DNA from: a virus | Lineage: Duplodnaviria > Caudoviricetes | DNA length: 53,758 bases | Virus record (IMG/VR): IMGVR_UViG_3300035531_000094 | Coordinates: 1 to 53,758 of that record | Reading direction: 5' to 3' (one strand) | In this document: positions 43,940 through 53,716 of the stretch, one piece after another | How the letters are laid out: each line of letters starts with the position of its first letter | Numbering within the stretch: the first letter of the stretch is position 1 | Notes under the pieces: model-generated | What the model was told of the DNA's origin: nothing | The model's input: only the letters and a program-made list of their open reading frames with translations | Database searches by the model: none | Made by a program: the position numbers and the translations under genes

Positions 43940-44815
43940 ATGGACGAAGAAGAAAAATTGAAAAATAAAACAGAAGAAACGCCTATTGTGGACGAAGGCG
44001 CGGCTGTCACAGAAACCCCACCTGCACCAGCAGAAGGAGGTGCTGATACCGCACCTGTTGACGTAGGCGAACAGGCACCAGCAGAGACTGCACCAACAGA
44101 ACCTGCACCGGTTGATGAAGCATCCGCCTTGATAGCAAAGCATTTCCCTAACATTGAGATTACAGAAGAAAACAAAGGGGATTTGCTTGCAGCCGCAAAA
44201 AAAATTGAAAGGCACGATAAAATCAACAGGGAGCTGGCAGAAATAGCCGAATCAGACCCCACGTTTGGGCGTATCCTTATTGATTTAAGAAAAGGCGCAG
44301 ACTTCCAAACAGCACTTGCAAGGCATGTAGATGTTGAGAACTTGGCACCCATGGAAGGCGACCCCAACTATGAAGAGTGGAACCAGAACATCAGCAAGCG
44401 TAAGGAAACAATGGCTGAACGGGAGAAAAGAAAAGCCGAAGAGCAGGAGAATATCGAATCTTCTATACAAGCCCTTAAAGAGTTCAAAGAATCTAAAGGG
44501 CTTAAAGATGAAGATGCAGAGGGTTTCCTGAAATATATGATGGAAATACTGGATTCTGCCTTTAACGGTAAGTTGACACCTGAGTTTATCAACCGGATGT
44601 ATTTGGCTATGAACTATGATGCCGACACTGACAGTAATTATCAAAAAGGTGTACAGGAAGGTTCGGTAAAAGCACGTAATGAAAAACTGTCCGACTTAAA
44701 AGAGAAGGAAGACAAAGACGGAACAGGCTTGCCCGACATGTCGGGAGGCGGTGGTAAAATGAAAGGTAAAAAAGCGCAAAGTTTTGGAGCAAAATATTTA
44801 GAAGATGTATTATAA
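43940..44815 (+). CDS. Putative capsid scaffolding protein
   Basis: Acidic, Pro/Ala-rich N-terminus and coiled coil; immediately upstream of the capsid gene. Confidence 0.65.
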   Translation: MDEEEKLKNKTEETPIVDEGAAVTETPPAPAEGGADTAPVDVGEQAPAETAPTEPAPVDEASALIAKHFPNIEITEENKGDLLAAAKKIERHDKINRELAEIAESDPTFGRILIDLRKGADFQTALARHVDVENLAPMEGDPNYEEWNQNISKRKETMAEREKRKAEEQENIESSIQALKEFKESKGLKDEDAEGFLKYMMEILDSAFNGKLTPEFINRMYLAMNYDADTDSNYQKGVQEGSVKARNEKLSDLKEKEDKDGTGLPDMSGGGGKMKGKKAQSFGAKYLEDVL

Positions 44816-44825
44816 AACGAAAGTC

Positions 44826-46163
44826 ATGAAAACACAGAGATCAATCAAATTATTCAGTAAGATAGCATTGTTATTCCTGGGCGCATTTGCCCTTTTATCA
44901 ATGTTTGGAGTTGTGGCCGTGCCGGGTATCGCCCTTGCAATGGCTGCCGGAACGACCGTTGATGGTGGTACCATCACACAGCAAGAAGCTGTTGCCAAAG
45001 AGGTACTTGATATGCCTGATGTTCAACGTAGGGTTGAATTATACAAGCAATATCAAACACCTTTATTGGCATTAATATCAGAGAACAAAGCACCTGCGGT
45101 GGAAAGTTGGAAATATGAGTATTATGCAATTGAAAACCGTGGTTTATATACTACTGTTTCTTCTGCTTCTACTATCAGTTCAACAGATATGACTACCCTT
45201 AATGTTGCCAGCAACGAAATGTTTACCCGTTTTAATGTAATTGCATTTACAGGCATTACTGGAGAAACAAAAATCAGTGGTGGTAAATTCTTGGTTGGCT
45301 TAATTACCGGTGTAGGCGACAATGACACTATTACCGTTAAGTTGCAAAACCCCGGGGATGCCTTAGTCGCTGGCGACCTTGCAAGTCAAAAAATATACCG
45401 TGCAGGTTCGGCAATGAACGAAAAAGCCGCATCTACCACAGCATGGGGTAAGTTGCCAGAAAAGGACTACAATTATATTCAAATCTTCATGGAGCAAGTT
45501 GAAGAAAGCGAATACCAACAGTTGATGAAAAAAGAAGCTGATTGGGGATTGAAAGACCTGAAAAAAATGGCTATTGAAGACTTTAAAATGCAGCGTGAAC
45601 GTGCATTCCTTGTTGGATATAGGGATAAAATGTCGGTAACTATCGATGGTTCAAACCGTGATATTTATACCTGTGGTGGTATTTTAAACGACCCCGAAAT
45701 TCCGGTAATGGAGAATGAAGACCTTTCGGCACTTGCCTCTACGTCTTTTGTAACTTGGCTTAAAACAATGTTTACAGGTAATAATGGTTCTCGTAAACGC
45801 TATCTGCTTGGTGGTTGTGATATGATTGAAGCCATTGAAAAAGTGCATGTTGATAATAAGTACATTTTAGCAAAAGAAACCGAAGTAGTAAACGGTATCG
45901 ACTTTGTAAAACTTGTTTCTGCATTTGGTACTTTAGATGTTGCTTATTATGAGCAATTAGACCTTTTGGGCATGGTAAAAGATGCGCTTGTTATTGATAA
46001 GCCTAATATTTGGACTGGTGATTTAAAAGGCAAGGGTTTTAATATTAAACCTATTGACTACAAATCATCTGGTATCGCTGCTGTTGATGCTGCTGTAATT
46101 TCACAAGCTTCAACAATGTTGATAAAGAATAAGAACTCACACCGTATCATTAAAGGAGTCTAA
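44826..46163 (+). CDS. Major capsid protein (putative)
   Basis: About 445 aa after the scaffold gene; TPLLALI, YNYIQIF, ERAFLVG..TCGGI pattern; followed by a terminator. Confidence 0.75.
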   Translation: MKTQRSIKLFSKIALLFLGAFALLSMFGVVAVPGIALAMAAGTTVDGGTITQQEAVAKEVLDMPDVQRRVELYKQYQTPLLALISENKAPAVESWKYEYYAIENRGLYTTVSSASTISSTDMTTLNVASNEMFTRFNVIAFTGITGETKISGGKFLVGLITGVGDNDTITVKLQNPGDALVAGDLASQKIYRAGSAMNEKAASTTAWGKLPEKDYNYIQIFMEQVEESEYQQLMKKEADWGLKDLKKMAIEDFKMQRERAFLVGYRDKMSVTIDGSNRDIYTCGGILNDPEIPVMENEDLSALASTSFVTWLKTMFTGNNGSRKRYLLGGCDMIEAIEKVHVDNKYILAKETEVVNGIDFVKLVSAFGTLDVAYYEQLDLLGMVKDALVIDKPNIWTGDLKGKGFNIKPIDYKSSGIAAVDAAVISQASTMLIKNKNSHRIIKGV

Positions 46164-46169
46164 AGATAT

Positions 46170-46201
46170 AACCGGGAGGTGAAAATCCTCCTGGTTCTTT
46201 T
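46170..46201 (+). terminator. Intrinsic terminator after the capsid gene
   Basis: AACCGGGAGG-tgaaaat-CCTCCTGGTT followed by CTTTT. Confidence 0.6.
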
Positions 46202-46205
46202 AATT

Positions 46206-46613
46206 ATGAAGAAAAAATATTCTACACGATCACTTTCATATACGGTAGCTGTAAAGGTTGACGGCAAACTCCGCCATATAACTTTTGAGAAACTTAGCTC
46301 AAACTTTAAAGGCTTGGCGTATATCACAGGTGATGAAAAAATACAAAAGGCACTGGAATCCACTAAAGCTTTTGGGCACTCTTTTACCCTTGACAAAAAG
46401 TTTAGACCAGAAGAAGAACCTTCTGAGCCTAAAGAAGAGGGGCAAACAGCAGCAGGAAAAGAGTTGACTGAAAAATCATTTGCCACAGTAAACGAAGCAA
46501 AAGACTTTTTCAATAAAGAACATGGCATTCCGGTGAGCAAGTTAATGACCCGTTCTGCAATCAGCATGGAAGCTGAAAAATTAGGATTTGAAGTACAATT
46601 TGACAACCAATAA
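46206..46613 (+). CDS. Hypothetical head-associated protein
   Basis: The likelier start is MKKKYS at 46206. Confidence 0.65.
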   Translation: MKKKYSTRSLSYTVAVKVDGKLRHITFEKLSSNFKGLAYITGDEKIQKALESTKAFGHSFTLDKKFRPEEEPSEPKEEGQTAAGKELTEKSFATVNEAKDFFNKEHGIPVSKLMTRSAISMEAEKLGFEVQFDNQ

Positions 46614-46623
46614 ATAAAATAAG

Positions 46624-46938
46624 ATGGCTACAAGAGCAGAATTTATAGCAACAACGGTAAGCGAGATTACAGGGACGTATTCTCACGCATTACCAGTAAA
46701 ATCACCATTGCAAGAACTTGCAGGTTTGTGTTACGATGCAACCAAGTTTAAAGGTGAAGCCACAGCGGCAGAAGTTGCCGCATTGGAAGACCCTAAAAAT
46801 GGCGACACTTATCGTATTATTACCACGGGGGGAGACCTTAATGCAACCAGCACGATAACAACAGCAGTAGGCGACACTGTTACCTATGATGAAGAAAACG
46901 GGCTATGGTTATTCTTCAACCAAAAATATACGGCTTAA
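46624..46938 (+). CDS. Hypothetical structural protein
   Basis: 104-aa Thr/Ala-rich ORF. Confidence 0.65.
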   Translation: MATRAEFIATTVSEITGTYSHALPVKSPLQELAGLCYDATKFKGEATAAEVAALEDPKNGDTYRIITTGGDLNATSTITTAVGDTVTYDEENGLWLFFNQKYTA

Positions 46939-46966
46939 TCAGGTTAGTTTAGTTAGGTTTTAATCG

Positions 46967-46998
46967 AAGCCCTGTCCGGTAATGGGCGGGGCTTTTTT
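46967..46998 (+). terminator. Intrinsic terminator
   Basis: AAGCCCTGTCC-ggtaat-GGGCGGGGCTT followed by a T run. Confidence 0.75.
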
Positions 46999-47009
46999 AA
47001 TCATATGAC

Positions 47010-47750
47010 ATGGCAGATTTAAGCACACAAAGGGCGGAATTTAGGCAAGCGTTTCTAAACCTGTTGAACACAATCGAAACTGTAGATGGAGGTGGAGACG
47101 TTACGGGTATTAGATTTGATCTTATAGGAATGGTGAAAGTTCGTATTGATGAAATGATGCCGGAAGGTGAAGGCGTTCAGTTTGAGGTTCAGGACTTGGA
47201 TAATACTACCGATACTTTAGACCTTGTAATAAATGCACTACTTGACCCGGCAGCAAAAGAACTTTTTCAGATTTTTCCAAACAAGTCATACATCGAGGGA
47301 AAAGCATCAACCGGTTCGGCAGTAGATAATACTGATGGTACTGGATATGTGGTTTTGCCTGATGACTACATAAGGCTTAAGTCATTTAAAATGGACGGAT
47401 GGGAAAGGGAAGTTACAGAGCCTATAAATATGGAGCACCCCTTGTATATAAGGCAAAGGAACATATACACAAGAGGGGGGAAGGCAAAGCCTGTATGTGT
47501 CATAAAAGACAAGGTGATTACAGGTATAGTAACAAAAGTATTGGAATACTACTCTTTAGAGGAAGGCGACACGCACACGGTTGACCAATTTATTTATATC
47601 CCTGAACTGGCGGCTGAAAATGTACAAACAGGGCTGCAAAACTCATTGGCGTGGCTATGTGCGGTACATGTACTTGAAATTGGCGGACGTTCAGATGCCG
47701 CTAAACTTGCAATGGAGCAATATAACATCACAACTCAAAACTTATTGTAA
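47010..47750 (+). CDS. Putative head-tail adaptor/tail tubular protein
   Basis: GYVVLPDDYIRL...RGGKAKPV; position after the head genes. Confidence 0.55.
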   Translation: MADLSTQRAEFRQAFLNLLNTIETVDGGGDVTGIRFDLIGMVKVRIDEMMPEGEGVQFEVQDLDNTTDTLDLVINALLDPAAKELFQIFPNKSYIEGKASTGSAVDNTDGTGYVVLPDDYIRLKSFKMDGWEREVTEPINMEHPLYIRQRNIYTRGGKAKPVCVIKDKVITGIVTKVLEYYSLEEGDTHTVDQFIYIPELAAENVQTGLQNSLAWLCAVHVLEIGGRSDAAKLAMEQYNITTQNLL

Positions 47751-48067
47751 TGGGATTTAGCAGTTCAGATTTAGACCCTTTTATGACAGAGATTGAAGAT
47801 TACATTCAGGCTGTTATTGAAAGGAAACTTGGGATAAACGAAGGTGAGGCTGAGTTAACGGCCGGTACCAATACAATAACGTTTAATACCCCTTATGATT
47901 CAGGTGAGGATTGGGAATTTATAAAAATGAAGGCAGTTGATGCTGATGGTTTTAATATTGGTGTAACCATTGGCACTATGTCAAACACGGGGTTTGAAGT
48001 GGTAGTATCTTCTCCTTGTACCTTTAAATACAGGACATCATATATTAGAAACTGGATAAGCGATTAA
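47750..48067 (+). CDS. Hypothetical structural protein (tail-fibre/H-lectin-like beta module)
   Basis: TITFNTPY...SNTGFEV pattern. Confidence 0.5.
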   Translation: MGFSSSDLDPFMTEIEDYIQAVIERKLGINEGEAELTAGTNTITFNTPYDSGEDWEFIKMKAVDADGFNIGVTIGTMSNTGFEVVVSSPCTFKYRTSYIRNWISD

Positions 48068-48069
48068 CT

Positions 48070-48957
48070 ATGAAAAAAGGAATTATTTCAATACTCATAT
48101 TATTTTCAATCGTGGGATATTCTCAGGAGAATATTTCACGCGAAAAACTAAAAGCAACAAACACTTTATTTGCCGACTTGCATTTTGTGTGGCGTGGCGA
48201 CACGATAGATTTTAACTCATTTGTGAACCAGACATCAATAAGTCAGATAAACATTACCGCTACAAGTGAACTTGTAACAGACAGTGTTTTAAAAGTAAAC
48301 GGATATGCTATTTACCCGGACAATGCAACAGAAGGGCAGATACTCCAATTTGTGGGCGGTAAGTTTATAAATGTAGATATGCCCGGAGGATATGATTCAT
48401 TGGTGTTCAATATCAATGACGGGTATCTTTACGATTATCGAGGGGGTGTTGTGTTTGATTCGTACTCTTTTGATGGCAGGTATGCGATCTTAAGTGAGAT
48501 GGAGGAAAAAATAACTTCTGACACTTTAATTGTCGGGAGTGATACCATTGTAGGCTTTCCGGGTGGCAACCTTTCGGTGGCAGATTCTTCTAAATATGTG
48601 ACACCCCCTTATTTGAAATCTTATTTATCGACAAGCGGTGTTAAAAAAGACGTGTTTACCGTTAAGCTACCGTATAACAGTACGGTGCAAGGCAGGGCAG
48701 ACAATGTACTATACCTCCCCGATGGTTGGTCGGTCAGTGCCGGGTCAAACGCTGCTGATTTGCTTATTACGCACAACACGGGCAGGGAGGTTTCAACGGT
48801 TATGTTGTGGAGTGTAAGCGGTACTTCAAAAACACTCGTTACCGGGAATACTGGATATTCAGGATTAAAGACAGGAAATGACAACAGCCTGCTTATTGAA
48901 GGCTTTGTGCCTACACTTCCAACGCAAATAAACGTTCATATAACTTTTGCTGAGTAA
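48070..48957 (+). CDS. Beta-rich fibre-like protein with signal peptide
   Basis: N-terminus MKKGIISILILFSIVGYS|Q. Confidence 0.6.
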   Translation: MKKGIISILILFSIVGYSQENISREKLKATNTLFADLHFVWRGDTIDFNSFVNQTSISQINITATSELVTDSVLKVNGYAIYPDNATEGQILQFVGGKFINVDMPGGYDSLVFNINDGYLYDYRGGVVFDSYSFDGRYAILSEMEEKITSDTLIVGSDTIVGFPGGNLSVADSSKYVTPPYLKSYLSTSGVKKDVFTVKLPYNSTVQGRADNVLYLPDGWSVSAGSNAADLLITHNTGREVSTVMLWSVSGTSKTLVTGNTGYSGLKTGNDNSLLIEGFVPTLPTQINVHITFAE

Positions 48958-48958
48958 T

Positions 48959-51424
48959 ATGGGACACAAAAAAAACATATTAAAGTGCATGGCTCCGGCA
49001 TATCTAATTGGTGCCATAATCCTTTCTTTGCTGTTGCTTTCAAAACTGCTCAATGCACAGGAAGAGCTGTTGCCAAAAGTGGCATGGCGCACAGACGTTG
49101 AAAATGTGACCATGTTAACCGATAGTACGTATAGAGTAAGTGTCAGTCCTATAAATATCAACGAACCCGGGGCTTACATTAAAGGCGATTATTTAAAAGA
49201 TTACGTTGGCCATACCTATGAAATAATCGATTCAACGTTTAACACGGTAGATATATGGGATTGTTTTAATGTCGGTGTTGGGCCACAACAAGGACTACAA
49301 GGCGTACTCTATAAAAGCGTTGATGGTTCACCTTACCTGGCACCTATTTACTATACACACCTTAACAAAACGGCACTTGACTACTCCCGCGCCATAGAGC
49401 TTGCTGTTTTATGGAAAGAAGCTAGTTTATATGCAAAAGATTCAGCGAATCTCGTTTGGTGGAAAGATACTATTACTGATATTAGTACAAGATACGACAT
49501 TGACACATTACACCAAAAAACAATTGACAGTATATTAATCCATCGAACCGAAATTAACGATCTGAAAAACCAATCAGACAGCCTTTCATCAATAGAACCT
49601 GCCACAACATTAGAAGCTCAGACAGGCACAAACGATGTTGATTACATTACCCCTCAAACATCAAAAGAGCAAACAGATTTGAACAGCGTTCGTTATTACG
49701 GCAACAAAGAGGACGTATATCTAAACGGGTTCAAACTTGTAGCCGATTCAGTTATAGTTAAGGCAGTTAGAACGTGGTTAGATAGCCTTGTGTTGCACGG
49801 TAATGTTCATGTAACCGACACCTTAACGGCTAATAAATTACAGCTTATGGGTGGTTATGCGGACGGATATTACCTTAAAGTAAACTCACACGGTAATATT
49901 ATTGCAGAGGCTATTTCAGGGGCACTGGTTTATCAGGGCGTTTGGGATGCAACTACCAACACTCCCACGCTAACAGACGGAACAGGCACAAACGGGCATT
50001 TTTACAGGGTTGACACGCAATGGGATTCAATATATGTTAATTTAGGCAGTGGTGAAATACCGTTTTTCAGCGGTGATGACATTATTTATAATGGTGAGAC
50101 TTGGGAGAAAATGCCAAACCTTGGTTTTGTTCTTCAAGTTGCAACAGCAACTGTTTTAGGGGGTGTGAAAAAAGGCGATAATGTAAACATAGCAGCGGAC
50201 GGCACAATTAGCATAACAAAACAGACTTTAACAGCAGGTAGCAATTCAGGACAATTAAGCATAAGCGAGGGTAATTCGGTAACAATAAACGTAGATGATG
50301 CAGACCATTCAAGCACGAATGAATTACAGAATTTGACTTGGAATGAAACAACAGGCGATTTGGCTATAAGTTCAGGCACGGGTGATAATCTGGATGGGCG
50401 ATACACATTAATAACAGACTGGCAGGATTCGGTGATTTACTTTACAAATAGGTTGAGCGAACATTCAGATAGTTTAATTCAGTTGTTTGCTGAAAACGAT
50501 GTACAAAGCGATAGCATACAATTGCTATCTGATTCACTTTTCTATTATGTGTTAACAGCAACCTTTGAAGACAGCTTATTGCAGTTAAGAGGTGATATGA
50601 ACAGCGACTTTAGCACCGTTTCGGATTCACTTTCTTACTATGTTTTGACAACTGTTTTTAATGATAGTTTGGCGATATTCAGACAGGATGTAAGCGATTT
50701 ACAAGACACGGTTTCAGTACATTTAGATACATTGCAGAGCCACAATCTAAGGATATTGGCATTGTCGAATAATATAAACCAGTTGGATTTATCTGTTTAT
50801 GATTCTTTAAACGTTCACCATGGACGTATAAGTGTAAATGAAGTCGATATAGCAGCTATTTATGACAGCTTGACTAATATTTATACCGATGCACAAGTGA
50901 ATGCCTTATTGAGTGAAATAAACGCACGTAACGACTTACAAGGCGATTCAATTAGCGATTTGTGGGCGTGGAATGAAGGGCAAGATGACACTATACAAAT
51001 CAATTCAGACAGCATAGACGTACTTGCAGATTTAATAGCAAACATCGAAACAATAACAGAACTTGCAACTATCTTAGAAGCTCAATCGGGCGTGAGCGAT
51101 AAACTAATGACGGCTTTACGAACAGCCGAACAGTTAACGCTTAATGCCGTGCCTTATTATAATGTTAAAGAGGACATTTATTCAAATTTCGATGCAACTT
51201 TTGATTCAATATTCGCCTCAAATTTGTATCAGGAAACGATAAGCACAAGTATAACAGGAATGGGTGGGGTTTACGACAAAGAAGTTTCAACTAATAATAT
51301 CGAGGTGTATTTAAACGGTGTTTTGCAGCGTGAGAATGTTAATTACACACAAACAGAAACGCAAATTACATTTATAAAAACACCTTTAGCAAGCGATTAC
51401 ATAACAATAAAATATAAGCAATGA
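48959..51424 (+). CDS. Tail-fibre-like protein with signal peptide and coiled coil
   Basis: ...LLLLSKLLNA|Q; YQGVWDATTNTPTL; ATATVLGGVK; DS-rich heptads; C-terminal VYLNGVLQ. Confidence 0.65.
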   Translation: MGHKKNILKCMAPAYLIGAIILSLLLLSKLLNAQEELLPKVAWRTDVENVTMLTDSTYRVSVSPININEPGAYIKGDYLKDYVGHTYEIIDSTFNTVDIWDCFNVGVGPQQGLQGVLYKSVDGSPYLAPIYYTHLNKTALDYSRAIELAVLWKEASLYAKDSANLVWWKDTITDISTRYDIDTLHQKTIDSILIHRTEINDLKNQSDSLSSIEPATTLEAQTGTNDVDYITPQTSKEQTDLNSVRYYGNKEDVYLNGFKLVADSVIVKAVRTWLDSLVLHGNVHVTDTLTANKLQLMGGYADGYYLKVNSHGNIIAEAISGALVYQGVWDATTNTPTLTDGTGTNGHFYRVDTQWDSIYVNLGSGEIPFFSGDDIIYNGETWEKMPNLGFVLQVATATVLGGVKKGDNVNIAADGTISITKQTLTAGSNSGQLSISEGNSVTINVDDADHSSTNELQNLTWNETTGDLAISSGTGDNLDGRYTLITDWQDSVIYFTNRLSEHSDSLIQLFAENDVQSDSIQLLSDSLFYYVLTATFEDSLLQLRGDMNSDFSTVSDSLSYYVLTTVFNDSLAIFRQDVSDLQDTVSVHLDTLQSHNLRILALSNNINQLDLSVYDSLNVHHGRISVNEVDIAAIYDSLTNIYTDAQVNALLSEINARNDLQGDSISDLWAWNEGQDDTIQINSDSIDVLADLIANIETITELATILEAQSGVSDKLMTALRTAEQLTLNAVPYYNVKEDIYSNFDATFDSIFASNLYQETISTSITGMGGVYDKEVSTNNIEVYLNGVLQRENVNYTQTETQITFIKTPLASDYITIKYKQ

Positions 51425-53475
51425 ATAGATTAATCACATTAGTATTATTATTAGCTACATTTGCAGGCTTCGGTCAAATAACAGACGAACAAACAGATAG
51501 CATATTTTCGTATTCTCGAAATTACAAAAATAAGTTTGTCCGTGATGGTGGAACGATGCACTCAGACCGAACTTTGAAAAACAACCTTGCTTTCTTAGAA
51601 TTAAACGATTTATACGAAGACACCCGTTTAATTTTCGTACCTGAAACTGCTATTAAATATCGTGAAGAAGGCAGCGATAAATTACTGACATACGGTTATG
51701 ATTTTAGTCGAAATAAAACGGATGTAAGCCAAACAACAGCCCTTTTGCAGCCATTAATCGCAGGAACATCGGATGATTATACGTGGGGGGTTTCTTCAAC
51801 TTACGGGGCTTATGTAGAACATCCTGATATTGTAATTAGTTCAGACCATACCATTGTTTCAGCGACATATGCATTAGATGAATTAGCAGTAATAATTGAT
51901 TTTGACACAATAAGTTCAGGCACACTTAATTCAGTTGAATGGAATGGGGATTTGTTTTATTATCGAATCCATGACGGGCTAATGTCGCAAGCGCAAATTG
52001 ATGAAGAACGTGAGTTTCTTCTAAGCTGGATTGACCCTGCGGTAAGTGAAAATTATCAAGGAGTTGAATGGGTGCAGAGATCAGCGACCGAATATACAAG
52101 ATTAGGTACGATTAGACGTATTCCGACAGGGCAGAGTGCAGGCGATGCTAATTTACCTATTCAATCACAAATGAAACGATGCTTGCTACTTGATAATGGA
52201 ACGGTTAACTATTTTATTGATGCAGACGACCCTATTCAGAAAGATGGCGATGCAACTTACACGGCAACTGGAACAGCGACAAGCATTGCAACTGATACAT
52301 TAACAGATAATACAGCCGACTTTATTACAGACGGGGTACAAGCTGGTATGGCAGTTAGAAACACCACAACAGGTAAAATATGCGTTGTGTATGATGTTGT
52401 TTCAGCTACCCAATTAAGTATATCACGGGATTATTTTACAAACACTTCGGAAGGCTATGAAATAGGCACGGCAAACTATGGCGGGGCTGATGGTCAAGTG
52501 ATGGTGCAAATACCTAAATTCTACATGCGGCACGAATACACAGATACAAAGATTCGTTGGGCTATTTCATTGGATCAATTGCCGGGATTTCAACTTCACC
52601 CTGCTTTTTTTAAGGATGGTGTTGAAGTAGATTATAGATACTATTCAGCATTTGAAGGCAGCATGTATGATGCTTCGGCTGGTGCAATGACGGCAAAAGC
52701 GAGTATTACAAGTAATATGTATAGCACAGGCGACTTATTCTGCTCTGTTGCTGGGCAATGGGCTAAGGTAAATGAAAGATGGGATGAATACGATGCAGGA
52801 ACAGAAGCACGTGGTACAGGGTGGCGAAATATTGACTTTGCCTTAAATTCAGCTGTTCAATTATTGTATCTTATCGAGTATGCTGACTTTAATAGTCAGT
52901 TTATGATAGGCACGGGTAGAACTACATTGTCAGGAGGTGCATGGGAAGCTGATAGCTATATCGGACAAACAGGGTATTCTATTATTGACGGCAACACAAG
53001 CAACTCAGTATCAAATGGCGAAACAGCAGGGCAATTAACTGATTATATGACATACAGAGGCATTGAAAATTGGTATGGAAATGTTTATAAAGATTTAAGT
53101 TTAATCGCATGGGATGGTACTTGGACTGGCGAACCTGCGGCACAACCTGTTTATTGGACTAACGACATAAGCAAGCGTAGTTATGATAGTCAGGGAGAAA
53201 TGACGTTATTGACAAATGCAAGCTATATAGGAACCAATGCAGGGTATGTTGATAATGTTGAAAATACCTATGCGTTCATCCCTAATTCGGTAGGTGCAAG
53301 CAATGTAGTCAGAGACTACTACTATCAATATTCAGAATCAGGTAGAGATTACTGGCGTCTGGTTCTTTTTGGCGGTAATGCGGATGTCGGTGGCCCGGCG
53401 GGCGGTTTTACGCTGTCTGTGTATCGCGGTTGGACGCTTGCGGGTGCGCTCTTCGGCGGGCGCGTTGCTTATTAA
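51421..53475 (+). CDS. Receptor-binding/tail protein with C-terminal CLec-like DGR target domain and signal peptide
   Basis: MNRLITLVLLLATFAGFG|Q; GQVMVQIPKFY, YRGIENWYGNV; C-terminal GGNA..G..AG.F.......GGRVAY. Confidence 0.75.
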   Translation: MNRLITLVLLLATFAGFGQITDEQTDSIFSYSRNYKNKFVRDGGTMHSDRTLKNNLAFLELNDLYEDTRLIFVPETAIKYREEGSDKLLTYGYDFSRNKTDVSQTTALLQPLIAGTSDDYTWGVSSTYGAYVEHPDIVISSDHTIVSATYALDELAVIIDFDTISSGTLNSVEWNGDLFYYRIHDGLMSQAQIDEEREFLLSWIDPAVSENYQGVEWVQRSATEYTRLGTIRRIPTGQSAGDANLPIQSQMKRCLLLDNGTVNYFIDADDPIQKDGDATYTATGTATSIATDTLTDNTADFITDGVQAGMAVRNTTTGKICVVYDVVSATQLSISRDYFTNTSEGYEIGTANYGGADGQVMVQIPKFYMRHEYTDTKIRWAISLDQLPGFQLHPAFFKDGVEVDYRYYSAFEGSMYDASAGAMTAKASITSNMYSTGDLFCSVAGQWAKVNERWDEYDAGTEARGTGWRNIDFALNSAVQLLYLIEYADFNSQFMIGTGRTTLSGGAWEADSYIGQTGYSIIDGNTSNSVSNGETAGQLTDYMTYRGIENWYGNVYKDLSLIAWDGTWTGEPAAQPVYWTNDISKRSYDSQGEMTLLTNASYIGTNAGYVDNVENTYAFIPNSVGASNVVRDYYYQYSESGRDYWRLVLFGGNADVGGPAGGFTLSVYRGWTLAGALFGGRVAY
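53352..53472 (+). repeat. Putative DGR variable region (VR)
   Basis: Only 6 A in 119 nt (53352-53470), at the 3' end of a CLec-like gene, ending in GC-rich CGGCGGGCGCG. No template repeat was seen in the window. Confidence 0.65.
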
Positions 53476-53497
53476 TATATTGTTAAATAAAAATATT

Positions 53498-53716
53498 ATG
53501 AGAAAAAATGCAATTATACAAACAGAAAAAGAGTACAAGAAGCTAAACAAAGAGATTAGCAAGCGGCTGAAATTTGACGATAATTTGGAGACTAAAAGGT
53601 ATGCACCGAAAGAGCCTTATTTATTTAACAACAAAGGCGAAATATTACTGCCAATAACCGACTATATTTTCGAGAAATGTAATGACATTGTAAAAGATTT
53701 GAAATATGAAGAATAA
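53498..53716 (+). CDS. Hypothetical protein
   Basis: The likelier start is MRKNAII at 53498. Confidence 0.55.
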   Translation: MRKNAIIQTEKEYKKLNKEISKRLKFDDNLETKRYAPKEPYLFNNKGEILLPITDYIFEKCNDIVKDLKYEE

